In this document: piece after piece, positions 50,507 to 60,320 of the stretch
How the letters are laid out: every line of letters begins with the position of its first letter
How positions within the stretch are numbered: the stretch's first letter is position 1
Source: an uncultured Methylomirabilota bacterium
GTDB taxonomy: Bacteria; Methylomirabilota; Methylomirabilia; Methylomirabilales; 2-02-FULL-66-22
DNA length: 64,000 nucleotides
Assembly (NCBI GenBank): GCA_963845565.1
Contig: CAWJSJ010000002.1
Location: 2,144,001-2,208,000 of the forward strand
Direction of reading: 5' to 3'
Notes under the pieces: model-generated
What the model was told of the DNA's origin: nothing
Seen by the model: the letters and a program-made list of their open reading frames with translations, nothing else
Database searches by the model: none
Position numbers and translations under genes: made by a program

Positions 50507-50538
50507 TGGGCCCCCGCGCCCGGCGGCGCGGGGGCCCA
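50507..50538. other. Strong intercistronic hairpin between SBP and permease
   Basis: TGGGCCCCCGCGCC-cggc-GGCGCGGGGGCCCA. Confidence 0.6.
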
Positions 50539-50559
50539 TCGTGGCGCCAGGCAGCGAGG

Positions 50560-51933
50560 CTAGTTGGTCCCGTAGAGACCGGCCTTTTTCAGCAAGTCGT
50601 CGCTCTGCGCCGCCATCTCCTTGATCCGCTTGGCGATGGCGTCCGGCTTGTCCAGGAGCGACTTGTCTGCGTACGCCGTAACCAGTCGTTCGGCCAGCTT
50701 CGTCTCCAGCTCGTCAAAGACCGGAATGGCCGGCTCTGCATACAATCCCCGCCCCTTATCCCACACGAGGAACGGTTTGAACTGCGGCGTCTCCTTGAGG
50801 ATAGGCGTCCAATCAATGTCCTGCCGCATGGACGTCCATCCGGTCATCTGCAGATGCAGGATGGCCATGGGTGGGCTCACCAGGAACATGGCAAAATCCC
50901 ATGCGGCGTCGGCCTGCTTGGTGCTCTTCGTGACGTACAAGCTCCAGGGTTGCGTCATCCCGCCAAAGCGCTTGGCTCGGGGGATCGCCACCGTGTTGTA
51001 TTGCACGTTCGGGCCCTTCGCCTTCAACTCTCCGATCACCCAGGCCTCGCGCATCAACATGGCCGCCTGCTCGCCGGCGAAGGCGGCGGCGTCGTGCGGG
51101 AGCTTGGGGTCATCCACCTGGTATTTGTGGACGGCGTCAATGTAGAACTTCAGTGCGGCCCGCCCGCCCTCGTTGTCGTAGCCGTTGTGCCACTTGCCTG
51201 ACTTCGTCTGGACGACGAGATCGCCGCCCATGGCATGTAGAACGTACCACCACTTCTCGGCCACGCCCGAGCCTTGTCCGGAGAGCCGCAGGCTCAACCC
51301 GGCGCGGGTGAGGTTGCCCGCCGCGTCCTTCTTGGCCAGCTTTCGGGCGGCGGCCATCAGCTCGTCGAAGGTCGTGGGGGGCTTCTTCGGGTCCAGGCCC
51401 GCCTCGGTGAACATCTTGGTGTTGTAGAACAGAGCCGGCTTCGACCCCTCCTGGAAGGGGATGCCATAGACCTGGCCCTTCCAGGTGTTGTACTCCACCA
51501 CCACCGGATGGTAGGCCTTGCTCTTGACGAGAGCCATGACCTTCGGTGGGTTCGGCGGCAGCAAGCCGGCGTCGGCGAAATTGAGGGAAATGTTGCGGCC
51601 GATGTCGAACAGGTCGGGGCCGGTGTCCGTCGGGATCGCCGCGGTCAGCTTTTGCTCCACCTCGCGGAGCTGGCTGCTCAGGGTTTCGAGCTTGAAGCCC
51701 GGATGGGTCTTGGCGTATTCCTCTGCCGCTTTCTTGTAGAACGGTTCCAACTCGGGGTAGCCCGTCCAGAGGTTTAACGCCACCGGTTCGGCCGCCACAC
51801 TGGCCCGCGGCCGCCCCAGGACGGGTCCGGCGGCTGCGGCCAGACCGGCGGCCCCGACCTGCTTGAGAAACGTGCGGCGCGTGTCGCCTACGCCTGATGG
51901 CACCCTCGTCTCCGATCGCGACCGTTTGCTCAT
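50560..51933 (-). CDS. CUT1 extracellular solute-binding protein with Tat signal
   Basis: TRRTFLK twin-arginine motif. LFYNTKMF..AGLDP..PPTTFDE. Confidence 0.88.
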   Translation of the reverse strand: MSKRSRSETRVPSGVGDTRRTFLKQVGAAGLAAAAGPVLGRPRASVAAEPVALNLWTGYPELEPFYKKAAEEYAKTHPGFKLETLSSQLREVEQKLTAAIPTDTGPDLFDIGRNISLNFADAGLLPPNPPKVMALVKSKAYHPVVVEYNTWKGQVYGIPFQEGSKPALFYNTKMFTEAGLDPKKPPTTFDELMAAARKLAKKDAAGNLTRAGLSLRLSGQGSGVAEKWWYVLHAMGGDLVVQTKSGKWHNGYDNEGGRAALKFYIDAVHKYQVDDPKLPHDAAAFAGEQAAMLMREAWVIGELKAKGPNVQYNTVAIPRAKRFGGMTQPWSLYVTKSTKQADAAWDFAMFLVSPPMAILHLQMTGWTSMRQDIDWTPILKETPQFKPFLVWDKGRGLYAEPAIPVFDELETKLAERLVTAYADKSLLDKPDAIAKRIKEMAAQSDDLLKKAGLYGTN

Positions 51934-52464
51934 GGAGTGGCCCTCCTCTGTTTGCCCTTCCTGACGTTCTGCGCCTACGCGCGGAGAGGTTGACCCGGTG
52001 GGTGTTGTCGTCCTCCTTTCCCCGGAGGCCTCCGGAAAGCCGACTTCCTCAGCGGTACCCTACCCGTGGGGCCCGTACGGGAGACGTGGGCCACCCGGGC
52101 CGGGGCACCTGCTCCCCACGAAGGGGAACCCTCCGTCCCGCATTGCGACCGGTATTCGATGATGGGCATAACACTGTTCGCGGGGGGATGGCCAGATCCG
52201 GCATCGGATCGAAGTGATTCTCCCGGCCGATGCCGAAGCCATCCTCACACGGGCCAGGGATTTTCGAACGGCAACCCGAATATGTATCGGGAGTCTAACA
52301 CCCTTTGTCAGGTGGGTCAAAGAGAGGGGCTGGGGCGGGGCGCACGCCTCTCGACCAGCCGGGGTGCGCGCCTTGCGGCGGCTCGGGGAGCGTTGTATAG
52401 TCACTGGCACCGGTGGAGAGGGTCACGCGAGGGGCTGTAGGCTGATTCTGGTGAGGAGGGTAGG

Positions 52465-53397
52465 ATGGCAGACTACATTGCGTATTTCTGTGGCGAGTGG
52501 ATGCCCGCCAGCCGGGTCAAGATCGATCCCACGGACCGCGGATTCCTGGTTGGCGATGCGGTGTTCGATGTTGCCCGCACCTTCAACGGGAAGAGCTTCC
52601 GCATGCGGGAGCATGTGGATCGGCTCTACCGGTCCCTGAAGTACGTTCGCATCGACCCGGGCCTGTCGCCGGATGACATGGTTCGAATCAGTGAAGAGGT
52701 GATCGCCCGGAATGAACCGCTTCGAGCCGAGGTGGGCGACTTTGCGATCTGGCAGTTTGTGACCCGCGGGCGAGGCCGCTGGGCCCACAGCGCCGGACCG
52801 CCCGCCGTCGGCGTCTTCATCCGGTCGCTTGGCCTTTCCCGATTTGTCCACCTCTACAGCGAGGGGGCCCACGGCGTGATCGTCCGCGTTCGGAGCTACT
52901 CGCCCGAATCGCTGGATCCCAAGGTCAAGAATTTCAGCCGGATGAACTTCAACATCGCTGAGCTGGAAGCTGCCGATATCGACAAAGCCGGCTGGCCGAT
53001 CCTGCTCGATCACCGAGGCAATCTCGCCGAGGGTGTTGGGTACAACGTGTTTCTGGTCACCGACGGCGTCATTCGCACCCCCGGGGACCGTTCGGTCCTC
53101 CAGGGGGTGTCCCGGGGGATGGTCTTCGACCTCGCCAAAGGCCTGGGCATTCCCATCGTGGAGGAAGATCTCCAGCCCTACGATCTTTACACGGCCGATG
53201 AGGCCTTCTTCTCGAGTACCAGCCCCTGTGTCTTACCGGTGTCTCGCGTAGACCGGCGTCCCGTCGGCAACGGCGTTCCCGGTCCCATCGTTCACCGGCT
53301 CTTGGCAGGCTGGAGTGAGGCCGTGGGGGTTGATATCGTGGGGCAGGCGCGGATCTACGGCCCGAAGGAACAGCTGGAATCCAAGGCCGGCTCGTAA
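52465..53397 (+). CDS. Class IV aminotransferase (BCAT/D-amino acid aminotransferase-like)
   Basis: DRGFLVGDAVFD..RT, H.DRL..S, KVK, EG.G.NVF, LQGVSR, ADEAF. Confidence 0.9.
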   Translation: MADYIAYFCGEWMPASRVKIDPTDRGFLVGDAVFDVARTFNGKSFRMREHVDRLYRSLKYVRIDPGLSPDDMVRISEEVIARNEPLRAEVGDFAIWQFVTRGRGRWAHSAGPPAVGVFIRSLGLSRFVHLYSEGAHGVIVRVRSYSPESLDPKVKNFSRMNFNIAELEAADIDKAGWPILLDHRGNLAEGVGYNVFLVTDGVIRTPGDRSVLQGVSRGMVFDLAKGLGIPIVEEDLQPYDLYTADEAFFSSTSPCVLPVSRVDRRPVGNGVPGPIVHRLLAGWSEAVGVDIVGQARIYGPKEQLESKAGS

Positions 53398-53422
53398 ACG
53401 CTGGAGGAGTTTGAAACGACCA

Positions 53423-53462
53423 AGGGCGGCATCCCCTCCGACAGGGAATGCCGCCCCCTTCC
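53423..53462. terminator. Hairpin between convergent genes
   Basis: AGGGCGGCATCCC...GGGAATGCCGCCCCCTT. Confidence 0.5.
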
Positions 53463-53516
53463 TTGTATCCGCCGATCGTCCCCCGATCCCCAGTCTCTGG
53501 TCCCGGCTCCCGGCTT

Positions 53517-54353
53517 CTACCCCTTCAATCCCGTCATCGCTATGCCCCGGATCATGTACTTCTGGGAAACGACGTAGGCCACGAGCATGGGCGCCGTGGT
53601 GATGAGCGTGGCCGCCATCAAGGGCCCATAATTGATGTTGCCGTAGGGGTCCTTGAAGAGGGCGATGGCCACCGGGAGAGTCCGCAGGTCTGCCGAGTTG
53701 ATGACGATGACCGGCCAGAGAAAATCGTTCCAGGAGCCCAGGAACAATATCATGGCCACGGTGGCGACCGTCGTTTTGATGAGGGGCGCGATGATCGTGA
53801 GTACAATGCGCATCTCGCCGGCTCCGTCGATCCGAGCTGCCTCGATGACGTCCACTGGGATTTGCTTGATCCCCTGGCGGAGCATGAAGACCCCGAAAGC
53901 ACTGGCAAAATTGGGCGCCAGGATGCCGAGGAACGTGTCCACCCAGCCGATCTTGGAGAGTTGGATATACAGGGCCACCGAGGTGACCTGGACCGGCACC
54001 ATCAGGGTCCCCAGGATGAGCAGGAAGAAGACGTTCTGCAAGGGGAAGCGATACACGGCGAACGCGTATCCAGCGAACAGGCCGAAGAGGAGGGAGCAAC
54101 TCACCGATCCGACCGCGACGACGAAGCTATTCCAGTAGTAGGTCAGCCAGGGCGCCTTGGCGAAGGCCACGACGAAATGTTCCAGGGTCAGGGTGGTTGG
54201 AATCCACTTGGGAGGGAAGGAGAGGATGTCGGGCGCGGGCATCAAGGCGGTGATGATCATCCAGTAGAACGGCAGGATCATGAGCGCCGCCACCGCGCCG
54301 ACCACGAGGTACAGGCTCAACCTTCCCACTGGCACCAGGACGGAGCGGAGCAT
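53517..54353 (-). CDS. Carbohydrate ABC permease (MalG-like)
   Basis: PFYWM, IEAARIDGA, WNDFLWP. GAGG RBS before MLRSVL. Confidence 0.9.
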   Translation of the reverse strand: MLRSVLVPVGRLSLYLVVGAVAALMILPFYWMIITALMPAPDILSFPPKWIPTTLTLEHFVVAFAKAPWLTYYWNSFVVAVGSVSCSLLFGLFAGYAFAVYRFPLQNVFFLLILGTLMVPVQVTSVALYIQLSKIGWVDTFLGILAPNFASAFGVFMLRQGIKQIPVDVIEAARIDGAGEMRIVLTIIAPLIKTTVATVAMILFLGSWNDFLWPVIVINSADLRTLPVAIALFKDPYGNINYGPLMAATLITTAPMLVAYVVSQKYMIRGIAMTGLKG

Positions 54354-54368
54354 CTCCCCTCTCTCTAA

Positions 54369-54468
54369 GCCGTTGTCAAAGAATAACTTGACCGGAGAAA
54401 TTCCGGGAACGGCAAAAGGAGCCGTACCGAAATTACAAAAAATGGACAAGCGATTTCGTAACGGCTCC
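54369..54468 (-). mobile_element. 100-bp MITE-like element, family A, diverged copy 3
   Basis: Same termini as copies 1 and 2, with TAA on both sides. Inserted between two permease genes. Confidence 0.7.
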
Positions 54469-55385
54469 TAATAGGCGACCTCGTACCGTTTACTGTAGTA
54501 GTACTGCAGGAGTGTGACGGCCAAGATGAACAGGAAGAGCACCATCGCCTCGGCAGCGGCATATCCGAAGTTGTACCGCTCGAAGGCCTGCCGGTAGAGG
54601 TCCAGCACGACGACGTTGGTGGAACCGGCCGGTCCGCCCCCCGTCAGGACGAAGACCTGGTCGAAGACCTGGAGCGCCAAGATGGTATCGTAGATCAGGA
54701 TGAAGGTGGTGGTGGGAGCGAGGAGCGGGATCGTGACGTGCCGGAATCGCTTCAGGGGACCGGCCCCGTCGATGGTGGCGGCCTCGTAGAACTGCGGCGG
54801 GATGGCCTGGAGTCCCGCCAGGTAGATGATCATGTTGTAGCCCAGATTCTTCCAGACGCTGAAGATGATGATGGAGGTCAGCGCCATGTGGCTGGACATC
54901 AGCCAGGGCTGTTCCGGAAGGTGGGCCAGCTTGAGCAGGACGTTGAAGATGCCGAACTGCGGGTTGTACATCCACCACCAGACCATGGCTGCGGCCACGG
55001 TGCTGGTGACCATCGGGGAGAAGTACACCGCCTTGAAGAACTCCTTGAGGTGAAACTTCGCGTTGAACAGGACCGCGAGAAGCAACCCCAGGAAGGCCGA
55101 GATGGGCACGATGGTGATGACATAGGTCAGCGTGTTGACGGTCGCCCTGCGGAAGGTCTCGTCTTCGAATAGGGAGTAGAAGTTCTCCAGCCCGATGAAT
55201 GTGAACCGGTCCCTGAGCAGTTCCACCTTGTAGAAGCTGTAGAGAAGCGTCTGGACCGACGGCCAGACGCGGAAGAGCCCGAAGAGGATGATGACCGGAG
55301 CGATGAACAGGTAGGCGTGGAGGATGTGCCGGGCGTGGAGCCGCGCCAGGACTTGCCGGAGGGATCGTCTGCGCTCGCTGATCAC
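54468..55385 (-). CDS. Carbohydrate ABC permease (MalF-like)
   Basis: FIGLENF, WKNLGYNM..YLAGLQ.IP..YEAA.IDGA. Confidence 0.9.
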   Translation of the reverse strand: MISERRRSLRQVLARLHARHILHAYLFIAPVIILFGLFRVWPSVQTLLYSFYKVELLRDRFTFIGLENFYSLFEDETFRRATVNTLTYVITIVPISAFLGLLLAVLFNAKFHLKEFFKAVYFSPMVTSTVAAAMVWWWMYNPQFGIFNVLLKLAHLPEQPWLMSSHMALTSIIIFSVWKNLGYNMIIYLAGLQAIPPQFYEAATIDGAGPLKRFRHVTIPLLAPTTTFILIYDTILALQVFDQVFVLTGGGPAGSTNVVVLDLYRQAFERYNFGYAAAEAMVLFLFILAVTLLQYYYSKRYEVAY

Positions 55386-55423
55386 GCCGCCCTCTGCCGT
55401 TTACGGATCCGGTGACGAGAGAA

Positions 55424-55453
55424 CCGCCCCACGGGGGTGCCCCCGTGGGGCGG
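55424..55453. other. Strong intercistronic hairpin between SBP and permease
   Basis: CCGCCCCACGGGG-gtgc-CCCCGTGGGGCGG. Confidence 0.6.
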
Positions 55454-55477
55454 CGGCCGGTGGATTGGTTGCGGTTA

Positions 55478-56771
55478 TTACTTGGCGGCGTCGGCGATGG
55501 CCTTGTTCGCCTGACGCTCGGCCTCGGCCAGGGCTGCGTCCACGGAGGCCTCGTGGTGCCAGACCTTCTGGATGGCGTTTCCCGTGGCGTCCATGATCCC
55601 GTTGAAGCCCAGGTTGATGGGGAGCTTGGTCCCATAGGGGTAGAGCTGCTTCAGCCCCTGATTGTATGCGTCGGACTTGAACGGCTCTTTCTCCCAGTTC
55701 GCCTTGTAGCGCGGTGAGGCGCCGTACTTCTTGCAGAGCTCGTAGTCCTTCTCGGGGCTGTTCAGCCACTCGATCAGCTTCCAGGCGTCGGCCTTGTTCT
55801 TGGCCTGCTTCGGGACCGAGTACAGCCAGCCGCCCAGATTGGTGGCCGGCTTGTCGCCCGCCTTCGGCACCGGCGGGAGGGCCATGCCCCACTTGAGGTC
55901 CGGGGCTTCCTTCGGCTGCGCGCGCCCTGATGCTGACCGTCTCGCTGATCTGCATCGAGGCGATGCCTTTCAGGAAGGCCGCGCGCGGGTCCGGGAAGTT
56001 CAGGCTGGTGGACTTGTCCACGTCCAGCATGTCCAGGACGAGCTGGAGGGCCGCCTTGCCCCCCGGCGTGTTGACCATGTACTTGCCGCCACGCAGAGCG
56101 AGCGGAGTGTCAATCAGCGCGGCCCCCGCCCCGTAGATCGCCCAGAAGTGCTTGTGGACGATGCCGTGGGGCTGGCCGACGTGCCGGATGGCGTAGCCGA
56201 CCCGCGTGATGTTGCCCTGGGCGTCCCGCTTGGTGAGCTTCTTGGCGTAGTCCCGGAACTCATCCCAGGTCTTGGGCGGCTTCTCGGGGTCCAGGCCGGC
56301 CTCCTTGAATTGGTCCTTGTTCCAGGTCAGGCCGTAGACGTCGATGCCGTACTGAGTGTAGCCCCACATCCGGCCCTTGCCGTAGTCGGACAGCGTCCGG
56401 ATCTCGGGCGATACGGCGTCCAGCCACGCCTTGGCTTTGGCGTCCGCCACCGGTTCCAGCATCTCCTCTTTCAGGAAGCCGGGGGCCCAGGAATCGTCGA
56501 TGAACAGGATATCGGCGATGTTCTTCCCGGCCGCCGCGGCGAAGATCTTCTGCTGCATGGTGTCGTAGTCGAGGGCGACGGCCTCGACCTTGACGTTGTT
56601 CTTTTTTTCGTACTCGGCGAAGAGCGCCTTGTCGGCGAAATGGGCGGCGCCGGCCGTGATGTCGCCGGCAGGATACCAGAGGGTGATCTTCTTGGCTGCA
56701 CCGGCCAGGACAATCGCCGGGGTGAGGAAGAGCAGGGCGAGAGCAACTGCGAGTACGCGTGATCGTCGCAT
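55478..56771 (-). CDS. CUT1 solute-binding protein, +1 frameshift near 55920
   Basis: Signal peptide MRRSRVLAVALALL, AGLDPEKPPKTWDE. C-terminus (APDLKWGMALPP...) is in the 55478-55885 frame. Confidence 0.82.
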
Positions 56772-56909
56772 GGGTCGAATCCTCCTCCGTGAAGGTGGTC
56801 GGATTCCAGAGGAATACGGGTCGGTCATCGCCGACCGCTTGCGCCGTTGGCGGGCCATCCCTCCTTTCGGGGCTGCGGGATTCGGAGCGAACAGATTGTC
56901 GGCCATTGG

Positions 56910-56939
56910 ATTATCCTCCTCGGCATCTGCCGAGGTCAA
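56910..56939 (-). promoter_or_regulatory. Possible promoter with a perfect palindrome in the spacer
   Basis: TTGACC-N18-GATAAT containing CCTCGGCA-GA-TGCCGAGG. Confidence 0.45.
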
Positions 56940-57143
56940 GCGCAACCTGCGCGCGGAAATGACCGGTCCCATGTTCTTTTTTCCACGCCTTTCGGCGGGT
57001 TAGTCTTGCGCGCGCGTCCGCGAGGGGGTAAAGTCCGACAACCTTCGAGACGCTCTCGCCCAGGGGGTGGCGGTAGCGATCCGACCGGGACCGCCCGGCG
57101 GTGCGACATACAAACACGTGGCACACGTGGAGGAGGAGACGAG

Positions 57144-59033
57144 ATGCAGGGCGCATTCAACGGCAAGTATCTGCGAGTGGATCTGACCCAGGGGACCACG
57201 TCGGTGGAGCAGTTCCCCGAACTCGATTACCGTCTGTTCATGGGTGGCGCGGCCATGGCGGCGGCGATCCTGATGAAAGAGTTGAAGCCGGGCGTCGACC
57301 CGCTCGGTCCGGATAATGTCATGGTCATCTCCACCTGTCCGCTGAACGGGATCCCGCTCTCCGGCACCAACCGCTTCACGGTGGCCGCCAAGTCGCCGCT
57401 CACCGGCGGCTACGGCGAGGGCGAGGCCGGCGGCTGGTGGGGGCCGGAGCTGAAGTTCGCCGGCTTCGACGGCATCATCGTGACCGGCCAGTCGCCCAAG
57501 CCGGTGTACCTCTGGATCACCGACGGCAAGGCGGAGCTGCGCGATGCCGCGCATATCTGGGGGAAGATCTCGGGCGAGGTGCAGGACATCCTGGTGGCCG
57601 AGACCGAAAAGCGGGCCCGCGTGCTGCAGTGCGGGATCGCCGGCGAGAAGGGCTGCCTGCACGCCAACATCGTGAACGAGCTCAAGCACTTCAACGGCCG
57701 GTCGGGCCTCGGGGCCGTGATGGCCAGCAAGAAGCTGCGCGCCATCGTGGTTCGCGGGAAGGACAAGCTGGAGCCCAAGAATAAGGAGGGGCTGCAGGCG
57801 GTCGTGAAGTGGATGCGCGAGCACTACGACCGCGAGAAGGACATGCTGCACAAGTACGGCACCTCCCGGAACGTGGTGGCCATGAGCGCCGACGGGATCC
57901 TGCCCACCCGGAACTTCCGCGAGGGGCAGTTCGAGGAGGCCAAGGCGATCAGCGGCCAGACCATGGCCGAGACGATCCTGACGGACGAAGGCACCTGTTA
58001 CGCCTGCGCCATCGCGTGCAAGCGCGACGTGGACGTCCCCGAGCTGGGCGTGACGTCGAAGTACGGCGGGCCGGAGTACGAGACCATCGCGTCCAGCGGG
58101 TCGGTGTGCGGGATCGGCGACCTGAAGGCCATCGCCAAGTTCCACCAGATCTGCGGCGAGTACGTGATGGACACCATCTCCGTCGGCATGACGATCTCGT
58201 TCGCGATGGAGTGCTTCGAGAAGGGGATTCTGACCACCAAGGACACCGATGGGATCGAGCTCAAGTTCGGCAACGCCGACGCGCTGATCGCCATGACCGA
58301 GAAGATCGGCAAGCGCGAAGGGTTCGGGGACATCCTGGCGCTGGGAGCCGAGCGGGCCGCCCAGAAGATCGGCCGCGGGGCCGAGCAGTACGTCCTGACG
58401 GTCAAGAAGCAGGAGATCCCCATGCACGAGCCGCGGGGAAAGCAGGGCCTGTCCTTGGCCTACGCCACCGCCCCGGCCGGCGCCGACCACATGCGCGCGC
58501 CGCACGATCCGATCTACGAGGGCTTCCACCCCGGCGGCGCCCACGCGCTGGAGCCGATGGGCTTGGCCGAGTCCATGAAGCGGCTGGAGCTGTCGCCGCG
58601 CAAGGTGCGCGCCTTCACCTACGCCAGCCACTGGTGGTCGCTGTGTAGCTGCGTGGGGGTGTGCCATCTGGCCGCGGCGCCGATCGACGCCGTGGGCGTG
58701 ACCCTGGTGACCAACGCCATGCGGGCCGTCACCGGCTGGGACACCAGCCTGTGGGAGCTGGTGAAGGTGGGCGAGCGCGCCAAGGCGCTGGCCCGCGCCA
58801 TCAACTGCCGCGAGGGTTTCACCGCCAAGGACGATCGGCTGCCCAAGCGGCTGCACGAGGCCTTCGCCGACGGCCCGCTGAAGGGGGTCCGCGTGGATCC
58901 CGAGATGTTCGGTCGAGCGCTCCGGCTCTATCATCAGATGGAGGGCTGGGACACGGAGAGCGGCTGGCCGACGTTCGCCAAGCTGGCCGAGCTGGGGATC
59001 GAGTGGGCGGCTAAGCCCGGCGATTCCTGGTAG
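57144..59033 (+). CDS. Aldehyde:ferredoxin oxidoreductase family (tungsten/molybdopterin)
   Basis: LRVDLT, AKSPLTG, GRSGLGAVM.SK.L, CYACAIAC, GPEYET, DTIS, DDRLP.R. Confidence 0.92.
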   Translation: MQGAFNGKYLRVDLTQGTTSVEQFPELDYRLFMGGAAMAAAILMKELKPGVDPLGPDNVMVISTCPLNGIPLSGTNRFTVAAKSPLTGGYGEGEAGGWWGPELKFAGFDGIIVTGQSPKPVYLWITDGKAELRDAAHIWGKISGEVQDILVAETEKRARVLQCGIAGEKGCLHANIVNELKHFNGRSGLGAVMASKKLRAIVVRGKDKLEPKNKEGLQAVVKWMREHYDREKDMLHKYGTSRNVVAMSADGILPTRNFREGQFEEAKAISGQTMAETILTDEGTCYACAIACKRDVDVPELGVTSKYGGPEYETIASSGSVCGIGDLKAIAKFHQICGEYVMDTISVGMTISFAMECFEKGILTTKDTDGIELKFGNADALIAMTEKIGKREGFGDILALGAERAAQKIGRGAEQYVLTVKKQEIPMHEPRGKQGLSLAYATAPAGADHMRAPHDPIYEGFHPGGAHALEPMGLAESMKRLELSPRKVRAFTYASHWWSLCSCVGVCHLAAAPIDAVGVTLVTNAMRAVTGWDTSLWELVKVGERAKALARAINCREGFTAKDDRLPKRLHEAFADGPLKGVRVDPEMFGRALRLYHQMEGWDTESGWPTFAKLAELGIEWAAKPGDSW

Positions 59034-59038
59034 ACCAA

Positions 59039-59163
59039 CAGGCTGCTGAAACAGGCCCATCTGCGGCGTTGGCTCACCTCGCCATTCGCTGCGGCGTACC
59101 TCCAGTACGCCTCGCTCGGGCTTCAGCGTGCCGCCTTGCATCTGGCCCTTTTTGAGCAGCCTG
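59039..59163. mobile_element. MITE-like element, family B, copy 1
   Basis: Terminal inverted repeats CAGGCTGCTGAAA / TTTGAGCAGCCTG. Second copy at 60096-60200. Confidence 0.65.
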
Positions 59164-59300
59164 AGCAAGAAGAGGTTGTCCGGCATCGGTCGGGTTTGTC
59201 CGAAGATTTCCAGGGGCGAACGGATTCAAGATTGGGGGAAATCCGGGGACGAATCTGTGTAATCTGTGGTTGAAGCCTGTGTCCAACGAGAGGGGTTTCC

Positions 59301-60095
59301 ATGCGACTGGCCGGCAAGGTGGCCATTGTGACGGGAGGCGCGCAGGGGATCGGGCGCGGGATCGTGCTGTGCATGGCCAAGGAGGGCGCCGACATCGCTA
59401 TTGCCGACCTGAAGGTCGAGGGGGCAAAGCAAGTCGCCGACGAGGTCGCCGCACTGGGCCGGAAGGCTATCGCGGTCAAGACCGACGTGACCAGGCAGGC
59501 CGACTTCGCGGCCTGCTACGAGCGGGTCAAGAAAGAGTTGGGGCGGATCGACATCCTCGTCAACAACGCCGGGACGGCCTGTCAGCCGGGTAACCCTTTC
59601 ACGAAGAACGTGGAGGAGGACTGGGATCAGGTCTGGGCGGTGAACGTGAAGTCGATCTTCTTCGCCTGTAAGGCCATCGCGCCGTACTTCATCGAGCGCA
59701 AGTCCGGCAAGATCGTGAACATCGCGTCCATCGCCGGGACCATGAACTCGCCGAACATGCCGCCGTACAGCGTCTCCAAGATGGGGGTGGTGACGTTCAC
59801 CAAGATCGTGGCCAAGGAAATGGCTCAACACAACGTCAACGTGAACGCCATCTGCCCCGGCATCTTGTGGACGCAGTTCTGGCAGGAGACGGGGGAGCGG
59901 CTGGCGAAGGCCGGCGGACCCTTCGCGGGCATGGCACCGCGCGAGGTGTTCGAGAACCGGGTGAACGCCATCATCCCCATGAAGCGTGAGCAGACGCCGG
60001 AAGACATCGGAAACGCGGCAGTGTTTCTCGCGTCCGATGAAGCCCGCAACATCACGGGCCAGGCCCTGCACGTGGATGGCGGCGTGGTGATGTAG
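59301..60095 (+). CDS. Short-chain dehydrogenase/reductase
   Basis: TGGAQGIG, NNAG, YSVSK, VNAICPG, ITGQ..VDGG. Confidence 0.94.
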   Translation: MRLAGKVAIVTGGAQGIGRGIVLCMAKEGADIAIADLKVEGAKQVADEVAALGRKAIAVKTDVTRQADFAACYERVKKELGRIDILVNNAGTACQPGNPFTKNVEEDWDQVWAVNVKSIFFACKAIAPYFIERKSGKIVNIASIAGTMNSPNMPPYSVSKMGVVTFTKIVAKEMAQHNVNVNAICPGILWTQFWQETGERLAKAGGPFAGMAPREVFENRVNAIIPMKREQTPEDIGNAAVFLASDEARNITGQALHVDGGVVM

Positions 60096-60200
60096 CAGGC
60101 CGCTGAAAAGGCCCACGTAGTTGACAAATTCGAAATTCGAATTTCGAAGTTCGAAATTGAGGCACGACCGCCTTGCATCTGGACCTTTTTGAGCAGCCTG
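60096..60200. mobile_element. MITE-like element, family B, copy 2 (heptamer-filled interior)
   Basis: CAGGCCGCTGAAAAGGCCCA ... CCGCCTTGCATCTGGACCTTTTTGAGCAGCCTG. Interior has AATTCGA-type repeats. Confidence 0.62.
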
Positions 60201-60320
60201 CGGGAAACGGCTTTCCGGCAGCGTGGTAGAACGAGACGTGAGACAAGATTAGACATGATGGAGCGGGGTTCCGGGTGTTTCGGAACCCCGTTGCCGTTTT
60301 GGGAGCGAGAGGAGATGGTC

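Noticed and set aside
60201..60310. Moco/tungsten riboswitch upstream of the selenoprotein (also considered upstream of AOR)
   Set aside because: Only one strong hairpin (about 60264-60290) is visible and I could not match the multi-stem consensus. An Rfam scan would be needed.
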